From an uncultured Ignavibacteriales bacterium (GTDB taxonomy: Bacteria > Zixibacteria > MSB-5A5 > GN15 > FEB-12): a DNA stretch of 43,701 nt. A program made the translations under genes and the position numbers. The notes under the pieces are model-generated. The model was not told where the DNA came from. It made no database searches and saw only the letters and a list, made by a program, of their open reading frames with translations. How positions within the stretch are numbered: position 1 is the stretch's first letter; each line of letters opens with the position of its first letter. The stretch covers positions 275,981 to 319,681 of the forward strand of contig CAYXJN010000006.1 in the NCBI GenBank assembly GCA_964464605.1. Reading direction: 5' to 3'. Positions 29,444-37,059 of this stretch are shown here, piece after piece.

Positions 29444-29490
29444 CTCTGCCCCTTACCTCAAAAAAAGTCCTGTTTTTTGCATTTTTTCCT

Positions 29491-29518
29491 TTGCATCGTA
29501 TACCCCCAACTGTATCTT
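29491..29518 (+). promoter_or_regulatory. Candidate sigma70 promoter for hup-bS22
   Basis: TTGCAT-N16-TATCTT preceded by A/T tracts (UP-element-like). Confidence 0.4.
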
Positions 29519-29635
29519 GACCTGCCGCAATGAGTTATCGAAAGACTCCGGCAATACAGGTGCTGCGTCGTAGTGAGCGGCACAAAAGAAGGGATAGAAA
29601 GTAGATGAACAGATACTCTTATGAGGGAGGATGCT

Positions 29636-29920
29636 GTGACTAAAGCTGATCTGGTCGAAAAGGTCGCCGAAAAAACAGGTCTCACCCGGACAGACGTGGC
29701 GGTGGTAGTGGATTCATTTCTGGATACCATCCGTAAAGCGCTCGAAACCGGGCACAACATTGAAATTCGTGGATTCGGAACGTTCAAAGTCAAGGTGCGT
29801 AAAGCTCGCAAGGCGAGAAACCCGCGTACCGGCGATGTCGTCCCGGTTCCGGATCGTAAAGTGCCGGTCTTTAAGCCGTCCAATGAATTCAAGAGCATGA
29901 TCACGAAGCTGTCCCTCTAA
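29636..29920 (+). CDS. hup: HU/IHF-family DNA-binding protein
   Basis: TKADLVEKVA, IEIRGFGTF, ARNPRTG, PVFKPS; GTG 29636 after GGGAGGA. Confidence 0.93.
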   Translation: MTKADLVEKVAEKTGLTRTDVAVVVDSFLDTIRKALETGHNIEIRGFGTFKVKVRKARKARNPRTGDVVPVPDRKVPVFKPSNEFKSMITKLSL

Positions 29921-29959
29921 GTCGTACAACAGGTGATATAAAAGAAGATAGGGAGTCCA

Positions 29960-30049
29960 ATGCCGAGCGGAAAAAAACGCAAACGGATGAAAATTAAGAC
30001 GCATAAGCGTAAAAAAAGAAGAAGAGCCAATCGCCATAAAAAGAAATAA
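29960..30049 (+). CDS. Small basic ribosomal protein bS22-like (mS38/COX24/AURKAIP1 family), 29 aa; absent from the ORF track
   Basis: Translated by hand: MPSGKKRKRMKIKTHKRKKRRRANRHKKK*; SD AGGGAG upstream; matches the Bacteroidota-type MPSGKKRKR..THKRKKR.R.NRHKKK pattern. Confidence 0.88.
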   Translation: MPSGKKRKRMKIKTHKRKKRRRANRHKKK

Positions 30050-30055
30050 GGCGTA

Positions 30056-30220
30056 TCGAACCTAACGTGCGAACAGCGCGAAGGCGGAACGAACTGCTTG
30101 ATCTGCACGGAAAAGGCTTCCGGAAAACTGACAACGTGATTGTCGATTCTACTTGAAGCGAAAAAACAGGTTTTCCGTACAGGATATTGAAAACCAATCA
30201 GTTGGTTCGAAAGCTAACAG
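30056..30220 (+). ncRNA. Candidate structured RNA in the 3' UTR of hup-bS22
   Basis: Five nested complementary segments found by eye between the bS22 stop and the terminator; no family recognised. Confidence 0.3.
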
Positions 30221-30228
30221 ATATAGAG

Positions 30229-30258
30229 ATGCCCACCCGACCGGTGGGCATTTTTATT
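30229..30258 (+). terminator. Intrinsic terminator
   Basis: ATGCCCACC-cgacc-GGTGGGCAT followed by TTTTATT. Confidence 0.85.
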
Positions 30259-30272
30259 GCAATACGATCGGT

Positions 30273-33146
30273 GTGAAAAACCGTTTAACCCGATTTGTAA
30301 TGCTATTCGTATCGCTCAGTGTGATCGCTGTGTCGTACGGTCACAGTCGCGAACGTACTGATTTTAGGGTGAACACCGATGGCGGTACGGCCGAGCAGAA
30401 TGCTCCCCGCATCGCGGTCGCATCGGACGGCTCATTCGTTATTACCTGGGTCGATTGGCGGGAGGGGACAAGCGATGTCTACGTCCAGAAATTCGATACA
30501 GCCGGACAGCCGGTAGGGGCGAATCAGAAAATCAATGATGAGTCTCCAGCATCCTATCAGTTCGAGCCGTCGATTGCGATGGATCGTAACAATGCTGTTT
30601 CCCTTATCTGGAAAGATTACCGGAATAATCAGTATCCGTCGGGTGCCGATGTATTCCTGCAATCCTATAGTGCATCACTCAGTAAAAGTGGCACAAATCG
30701 AAATTTATCAACAGAAGCACCGGATTCAGCGCATGAATCTCCCGATATCGCGTTCGGGCAATGGGGAACGGCGCTTGTCACATGGGCGGATTACCGTAAT
30801 CTCAACTGGGATATCTACGGCCAGATTGTCACACCGAACGGAACGCTTGTCGGCGGGAATTTCCGGATCAATGATGATCAGGGAACGATGCCGCAAAGTG
30901 CACCGCGAGTCGCCGCCTCGGGCTCAGGATGGTATGTAGTCGTATGGACTGATCAACGCTTCAGTAATTATGATATCTACGCGCAGCGATTCGATTCGAC
31001 CGGAACCAAGCTCGGACCGAATGTTAAAATTAATACCGACGGCAACACGTTCCGTCAGGCCTTCGCCGATGTCGCCACCGATGGCGCCGGACATTTTACG
31101 GTCGTATGGGTCGATTGGCGCAACGGCAGTTATCCAACCAATCCGGATATTTATTTGTCAAAACTTGATACCAATATGGTTTCATTGACCGGAAATATTC
31201 GGCTCAATACCGATGTCTCCACCCGCGCCCAGCGTGATCCGTCTATTTCAGCGGATAGATTAGGCAACATAGCAATTGTCTGGTCAGACTCTACTGCATC
31301 CGCCGATGAATCATGGGAAGTTTCCGGGCAGATGATCGACGTCGACGGAAAAACACAGGAAGCGAATTTCCGCGCAAATACGTTTTCCGACAGCGCACAG
31401 TTGCGACCGGATGTCGCCTTGGATGGCCGCTACCGTTATGTCACTTGGGTCGATAAACGAAACGGGAACTTCGATATTTATGCCGCGGTGCATCAGTATC
31501 ATAACCCTGGCCTTGCCGCGCAGCCATCAACCATGATCTTTATGATGGATAAGGGAGGGGAGTTACCTCGTTCACAATCGGCAACGATTCAGCATACCGG
31601 GTACAACCGTCTTGATTTCGTCGCCACGCCGGACGTGTCGTGGTTAAATGTGACACCGTCATCAGGAAAATCACCCGACTCATTCGTAGTTTCTATAAAC
31701 ACGAATAGTCTTGATTACGGTGAACATACCGGAACGATTCATGTTGAAGACATCAACAACCCGGAAAATGCGACAACTATCTCTGTTCGTTTACGGGTCA
31801 CGCCGCCGGAATTGAGCGTGTCATCTGATACGGTTCGATTTACCCGCATTCCCTTTTCACCAGATACCCAAACAGTCGCTGTCACCATTCAAAACAGCGG
31901 CGCAGGAACACTGGGCTGGCAAGTTCAGGAATCCGCCGATTGGCTTTCAGTTGCATCTGTCTTAGGTGTCGCTCCGTCGACATTACAGATTTCCGCAACT
32001 GCCGAGCTATTACCTGTCGGAGAATATATCGCAGAACTTGTCGTAACCTCATCAGGTGCGACGAATTCACCGGATACGATTGTCTGTCTCCTGCGTGTCG
32101 ATGCTGTTTATCCTGTTCCGTCACTCTCGTCGAATCAAGTATATATCAAAACCACGCAGCCGGGCGTCGTCGATACGACGCTAACAATACGAAACAATGG
32201 ACAGGGAGTAATGTACTGGAATGCATCGGTGCAGTCCTCATGGCTTTCCGTTTCACCCAACTTCGGTACTGATTCATCACCCGTGCATATTTCACTGCTG
32301 AATTTCCCGACTTCGCCGGGATTGTATATCGACACGATTACGATTGCCGATACGCTGTTTCATACGAACACAAAAACGGCAGTCTTAGTAAATTTCTATG
32401 AGCATTCGAATGACAGTATCCGTATCGGCGATCTCTCTGTTACCGCCGGAGATACCGGTCGCATTCCGGTTTCGGTCACATTGACCCAACCGGTGTCACG
32501 TGTCCGTTTGTTTGCGAAATACAACGATCGTTATTTGAGCCTTGAAAGTTTCGCATTGTCCCCTGTAAATCCGACAATGGCAACGCATAGTTTTGTCGTC
32601 GATTCAATCACCGGCACATTTAGTCTTGTTGTTGAAACGGCAAATATTGACAGTCTTATCCCGGTTGGTAGTTGGGAATTGGGAACCGTTGCCGTTCGCG
32701 CAAAACAGGAAGTCAGCAGCACCTCGTTTTCATCTGCCGATATCGACACGCTCTATACCGATATGCTGACCGGTGCAGGCCGCCGCGTTGCACCCGCTTT
32801 TCGTTCCGGCACGATCACGGTCGATCGCACAACACCGGCGAAAGAGGATGAATCTCCAATCTTGCCGACAACGGTCATTCTCGATCAGAATTATCCGAAT
32901 CCTTTTAATTTAGAAACCGTCATACCGTTCTCCGTTCCGTCACGCGGCCACTATCGCTTGGAGATATTTAACATCCTGGGCAGTTCGGTGGTCACGCTTT
33001 TGGATGAGCAGCTTTCCGCCGGTGAGTACAGTATCCCGTGGAACGGGCTTTTGGGTTCCGGGCGAATCGCTCCATCCGGTATCTATTTCTACCGCCTGAA
33101 AAGTGCCTCTGGGACCCATATCCGCAAAATGGTCCTGTTGAAGTAA
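30273..33146 (+). CDS. Secreted multidomain protein: beta-propeller-like repeats, three BACON-like domains, cohesin-like domain, T9SS type-A-like C-terminal domain
   Basis: Repeats N.KIN..Q..P.IA...W.D.R....DIY; SWLNVTP, DWLSVA and SWLSVSP BACON-like motifs; LDQNYPNPFN...IFNILG...SGIYFYRL...KMVLLK tail. Start uncertain (GTG 30273 or ATG 30300); the 30153 start lies upstream of a terminator. Confidence 0.8.
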   Translation: MKNRLTRFVMLFVSLSVIAVSYGHSRERTDFRVNTDGGTAEQNAPRIAVASDGSFVITWVDWREGTSDVYVQKFDTAGQPVGANQKINDESPASYQFEPSIAMDRNNAVSLIWKDYRNNQYPSGADVFLQSYSASLSKSGTNRNLSTEAPDSAHESPDIAFGQWGTALVTWADYRNLNWDIYGQIVTPNGTLVGGNFRINDDQGTMPQSAPRVAASGSGWYVVVWTDQRFSNYDIYAQRFDSTGTKLGPNVKINTDGNTFRQAFADVATDGAGHFTVVWVDWRNGSYPTNPDIYLSKLDTNMVSLTGNIRLNTDVSTRAQRDPSISADRLGNIAIVWSDSTASADESWEVSGQMIDVDGKTQEANFRANTFSDSAQLRPDVALDGRYRYVTWVDKRNGNFDIYAAVHQYHNPGLAAQPSTMIFMMDKGGELPRSQSATIQHTGYNRLDFVATPDVSWLNVTPSSGKSPDSFVVSINTNSLDYGEHTGTIHVEDINNPENATTISVRLRVTPPELSVSSDTVRFTRIPFSPDTQTVAVTIQNSGAGTLGWQVQESADWLSVASVLGVAPSTLQISATAELLPVGEYIAELVVTSSGATNSPDTIVCLLRVDAVYPVPSLSSNQVYIKTTQPGVVDTTLTIRNNGQGVMYWNASVQSSWLSVSPNFGTDSSPVHISLLNFPTSPGLYIDTITIADTLFHTNTKTAVLVNFYEHSNDSIRIGDLSVTAGDTGRIPVSVTLTQPVSRVRLFAKYNDRYLSLESFALSPVNPTMATHSFVVDSITGTFSLVVETANIDSLIPVGSWELGTVAVRAKQEVSSTSFSSADIDTLYTDMLTGAGRRVAPAFRSGTITVDRTTPAKEDESPILPTTVILDQNYPNPFNLETVIPFSVPSRGHYRLEIFNILGSSVVTLLDEQLSAGEYSIPWNGLLGSGRIAPSGIYFYRLKSASGTHIRKMVLLK

Positions 33147-33190
33147 CTTTCGCTCTCTTTGTAGCTTGTCGCCAATCCTCTGTATTTCCG

Positions 33191-33218
33191 GGTAACTTTT
33201 TCCTGATATTCCCGTATA
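33191..33218 (+). promoter_or_regulatory. Candidate ECF-sigma promoter
   Basis: GGTAAC-N16-CGTATA (AAC/CGT signature of ECF promoters). Confidence 0.5.
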
Positions 33219-33275
33219 GATTCCAAAAGGACTATGTCCGGCCAACGTGCCGGTTGACTTGAGTTTGGAGGATAT

Positions 33276-34499
33276 ATGCAACTACGAATCGTGCTCGCAC
33301 TGCTTATAGCAGCAGTATGCGTTTCGAGTGTTTCCGCGTCAGATGAATCAATGAAGCTGTATGGACGAATTACCACCGTACAAGGAGATGTTTTTGAAGG
33401 ATTCATCCGCTGGGACAAGAACGAATCTACCTGGCTGGACATTCTCGACGGCACAAAGGAACGGGTCCCGTCGCAGACGAACAGCAACCGCCGTCGCTAC
33501 CGCGGGTCACGCTCCGATCGGAATACCTTTTTTGCCAATAACTGGTCATGGGATAATTATGCTGCCGAATCCGGTATCCGGTTCGGTCATATTAAAACGC
33601 TGACGGTAATCGGGGATGACCGTGTTGAGTTAACGCTCAAATCCGGCGAAACGATGGAGTACGAAGCCGGCTCGACCGATATCGGCACTGATATCCGTGA
33701 ATTGATTATTGAAGATAAAGATGAAGGGGAGCTTGAACTGGTCTGGGAAGATCTGGACAAAGTCGAGTTCATGGCTGCGCCGTCATCGGCGACTTCCAAT
33801 TCCGGCGACCGTCTGTACGGTACATTGACTACCCGCCGCGGCGATACCTACACCGGTTTTATTACCTGGGATATGGATGAAGTATTGAGCAAAGATGTTA
33901 TCGACGGGGAAGAGCGCGGTAAAACCCGCAAACTGCCGTTTAGCCGTATCACGGCTATTGAGCGTTACAGCTCCTCCGGTTCGGAAATCACATTGAACAA
34001 CGGTGAGAAAATCATCATGCGCGGCACGAACGATGTCGATGAAAGCAATCAGGGTATAATCGTCTCCGACCGTGCGCTCGGCGATGTTCGCGTCGATTGG
34101 GATGATTTCGATAAAGTCGAATTCAAAACCTCGCGTGGTTCATTTTCCTATAACGATTTCAACGGCGGCAGCGCGTTACAAGGCACTGTTCTCACCGAAG
34201 ACGGTGACAGTTTCACCGGCACGATCAAATGGGATGATGATGAAGAGAAGACATGGGAGCTTTTGAACGGCGAATCACGTGGTACGACGTTTCGTATCGA
34301 TTTCGGTAATATCGCCTCTATCGAACGGGGCGGTTCGCGGGCGGTCGAAGTGAAGCTCAAAGATGGCCGTGTGCTGAGATTGTCAGATTCCAATGATGTC
34401 GATGACACTAACAAAGGTATTTTTGTTACCTCGAAATCCGGTTCGGTCGATGAAGTCGATTGGGATAATTTTGCGCGAATGGAGCTTACCGGTAAGTAG
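33276..34499 (+). CDS. Exported acidic hypothetical protein with three internal repeats
   Basis: SD GGAGG, signal peptide, three G.(I/L/V).T..GD.(F/Y).G.I.WD..E units. Confidence 0.8.
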   Translation: MQLRIVLALLIAAVCVSSVSASDESMKLYGRITTVQGDVFEGFIRWDKNESTWLDILDGTKERVPSQTNSNRRRYRGSRSDRNTFFANNWSWDNYAAESGIRFGHIKTLTVIGDDRVELTLKSGETMEYEAGSTDIGTDIRELIIEDKDEGELELVWEDLDKVEFMAAPSSATSNSGDRLYGTLTTRRGDTYTGFITWDMDEVLSKDVIDGEERGKTRKLPFSRITAIERYSSSGSEITLNNGEKIIMRGTNDVDESNQGIIVSDRALGDVRVDWDDFDKVEFKTSRGSFSYNDFNGGSALQGTVLTEDGDSFTGTIKWDDDEEKTWELLNGESRGTTFRIDFGNIASIERGGSRAVEVKLKDGRVLRLSDSNDVDDTNKGIFVTSKSGSVDEVDWDNFARMELTGK

Positions 34500-34501
34500 G
34501 C

Positions 34502-34534
34502 AAAAAAAGACCCCGTTTAGCGGGGTCTTTTTTT
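34502..34534. terminator. Bidirectional intrinsic terminator
   Basis: AAAAAAAGACCCCG...CGGGGTCTTTTTTT between convergent genes. Confidence 0.9.
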
Positions 34535-34550
34535 ATCTCTATGAAATCGA

Positions 34551-35450
34551 TTACATGCCCTTAGCGGCGAGCGCATCTTTCATTTCTTTGATATGCGCTT
34601 CAGCGGTTGCGATATTGGTTTTGGCCAGCGGGTCATTCTTGAACAATCTCACGAATTCTTCCCACGCAACTAAATTGGTCTTGGTATCTTCCGGAGACAT
34701 CGATTCCTTGGCGATCGCATAGTTGAACGCCGCCAGATGTTTCTTCGGATTCGCTTTCATCGCTGCGCGAAAGGCGGTAGCGGCATCACCGTATTTTTCC
34801 TGACTCAGGTAAATCTGTCCGAGTTCGAAAAAAGCGCCGTATTGTTTTGGATCAAGTTCGGTCGCTTTCTTCAATGCTGTAACAGCCTCGGTTGATTTGT
34901 CGGTCTTGCTGTACGCGCGACCCAACATATACCAGGTTTCATCGTCACCACCGCCGGAACTGTGGATCTGTTCGACGCTTTTAATGACGTTTGTGTAGTC
35001 ATTTTTTCGGTTATAAAGTTTCGCGATTTCCTTTTGCAGTTCTTTATCCCCCGGTTTAAGCGCGAGCGCTTTGTTGAAGCTGACTTCCGCTTCTGCGAAC
35101 TGCTTTAAAGATGATTGTATTTTGCCGAGGTTGGTGAAGGCGTCAACATTTTTCGCATCTTTTTCAGTCACCGATTTGTACAGCTTCAGCGCGTTATCTA
35201 ATTTCCCTTGTTTGAAATAGATCGCAGCGAGGTTCATCTGCGGGTCGATAAATGCCGCATCCTGCCCGATTGCGGCTTCGTACGCAGTGACGGCTGTTGC
35301 TAAGTCCCCTTTTTTCTCTGCGTCGAGACCTTCATTAAATAGTTCTTTAGCTTTCTGCGGATCTGCCAAAGCGGCGGATGCCAACAGCGCTACGATACAG
35401 AAAACAGAGGTGAGTGCTCGTTTCATTACGGATAAAGCCTCATGTTTCAT
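34551..35450 (-). CDS. Exported TPR protein
   Basis: Signal peptide and about 6 TPRs; AAGGAG upstream; start could be 35456, 35450 or 35426. Confidence 0.8.
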   Translation of the reverse strand: MKHEALSVMKRALTSVFCIVALLASAALADPQKAKELFNEGLDAEKKGDLATAVTAYEAAIGQDAAFIDPQMNLAAIYFKQGKLDNALKLYKSVTEKDAKNVDAFTNLGKIQSSLKQFAEAEVSFNKALALKPGDKELQKEIAKLYNRKNDYTNVIKSVEQIHSSGGGDDETWYMLGRAYSKTDKSTEAVTALKKATELDPKQYGAFFELGQIYLSQEKYGDAATAFRAAMKANPKKHLAAFNYAIAKESMSPEDTKTNLVAWEEFVRLFKNDPLAKTNIATAEAHIKEMKDALAAKGM

Positions 35451-35560
35451 TGCCAAATTGCTCCTTCTGCGGGGATTATATACACGATTTTATATTTCAT
35501 CTTCGTCTGTACTTAATTCTACACTTGTTTTAACCGTCGGTTCCAGCGAGAACCTGCCCT

Positions 35561-36883
35561 TCAAGCGGAGGGCTGCTGCGGCTGGGTCGGTTCACTCGGT
35601 GTGGCAGGCGGCTGCGGAATCGGTTTACTCGTACGCCCGATATCACGGCGGAACTGCGCACCGTTAAAGCGAATCTTTTCAATCGCCTGATAGGCTCGCT
35701 TGAGCGCAGCAGAAAGTGATTTATCTGTTGCCGTCACCGCCACCACACGGCCACCGCTTGTTATCAAACGGTTATTTTTAAGCGCTGTGCCGGCATGGAA
35801 AACCGTTACATTGCTATCATTCACCTGCTGCAAGCCGCCGATAGGAAGTCCGGTTTTGTATTTACCCGGATACCCGCGGGAGGCCATCACGACACACGCG
35901 GAAGTATCTTTACTCCAGTCCAGTTTCACGCCGGCTAATGAACCATTGACGGTTGCCTTGAGCAGATCGCTGAAATCATTTTTCAATAGCGGCAGCACCG
36001 CCTGTGTTTCCGGGTCGCCGAAACGACAATTGTATTCTAAAACCTTTGGACCGCTTTCGGTAAGCATGAGACCAAAATAGAGAATCCCTTTGTACTTGAA
36101 TCCCTCTTCGTTCAATCCTTTCAGAGTTGGTACGAGAATGTGGTCGTTGATCTCTTCCATCAGTTCTGCGGAAATGAGATCAGTCGGGCAGTATGCACCC
36201 ATCCCGCCGGTGTTTGGTCCTTTATCACCGTCAAAGGCTCGCTTGTGATCCTGACTTGATAGTAACGGCAGAATCGTTTTGCCGTCAGTGACGGTTAACA
36301 GTGAAACTTCCGGGCCGGTTTGACATGCTTCTATAACAATTTTGTCACCCGCCGAACCGAGCACACCCTTGAACATAATGCGCTCGATAGCCGCGACGGC
36401 TTCATCGTAGGAGTGCGCAATCACGACACCTTTTCCGGCGGCTAAACCATCCGCTTTAATAACGGTCGGGAATTGTAACACGCGACAAAACCCGATTGCC
36501 TCGGCAGCACTGCTAAATGAACGAAAGGGAGCAGTCGGAATATGATACTTTCGCATGAATTCTTTTGAGTAACATTTGCTGCTTTCAAGCCGTGCTGCTT
36601 TTTTGTCCGGTCCAAAGATTTTCAATTTGCGGCGGTTGAATTCATCGACTACTCCGGCAGCCAACGAAGACTCCGGTCCGATAACGGTCAAGTCGATCCT
36701 GTTCCGGTGAGCAAATTCGCTTAAGGCACGGATATTGGTTGGCTCAATTGGAACACACTTGGCAATCTGAGCAATACCACCGTTCCCGGGAGCACAAAAG
36801 AGTTTCTGAACTTTTTTTGAGGCCTTGAGTTTCCAGAGTATGGCGTGCTCACGACCACCTGAACCAACGACTAAAATTTTCAT
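35561..36883 (-). CDS. purD: Phosphoribosylamine--glycine ligase
   Basis: MKILVVGSGGREHA, APGNGG, KADGLAAGKGV, QDHKR, GPNTGGMG, RFGDPE, TSGGRV. Confidence 0.98.
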   Translation of the reverse strand: MKILVVGSGGREHAILWKLKASKKVQKLFCAPGNGGIAQIAKCVPIEPTNIRALSEFAHRNRIDLTVIGPESSLAAGVVDEFNRRKLKIFGPDKKAARLESSKCYSKEFMRKYHIPTAPFRSFSSAAEAIGFCRVLQFPTVIKADGLAAGKGVVIAHSYDEAVAAIERIMFKGVLGSAGDKIVIEACQTGPEVSLLTVTDGKTILPLLSSQDHKRAFDGDKGPNTGGMGAYCPTDLISAELMEEINDHILVPTLKGLNEEGFKYKGILYFGLMLTESGPKVLEYNCRFGDPETQAVLPLLKNDFSDLLKATVNGSLAGVKLDWSKDTSACVVMASRGYPGKYKTGLPIGGLQQVNDSNVTVFHAGTALKNNRLITSGGRVVAVTATDKSLSAALKRAYQAIEKIRFNGAQFRRDIGRTSKPIPQPPATPSEPTQPQQPSA

Positions 36884-36892
36884 GTGGTCACA

Positions 36893-36922
36893 AATTTACC
36901 GGATTTTAGGCTACAAATTCAA
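36893..36922 (-). promoter_or_regulatory. Candidate sigma70 promoter (near-leaderless) for purD
   Basis: TTGAAT-N18-TAAATT, 9 nt before the purD ATG; no SD. Confidence 0.35.
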
Positions 36923-36947
36923 GCGGAATTTACAGTGTTGTATATGG

Positions 36948-36975
36948 TTGACTTATTTGCCTTTGGCCGTATATT
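36948..36975 (+). promoter_or_regulatory. Candidate sigma70 promoter for the carboxypeptidase gene
   Basis: TTGACT-N16-TATATT. Confidence 0.45.
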
Positions 36976-37059
36976 TACGTTCAACCTCACTCACCAAACG
37001 TGCCGACGGTCATATCTGCCGGCATATGAGATTTAAGAAACATAAAAAGGATACACACC

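Noticed and set aside
35561..35640. Pro/Gln-rich C-terminal tail on PurD
   Set aside because: Short low-complexity extension, likely neutral stop drift
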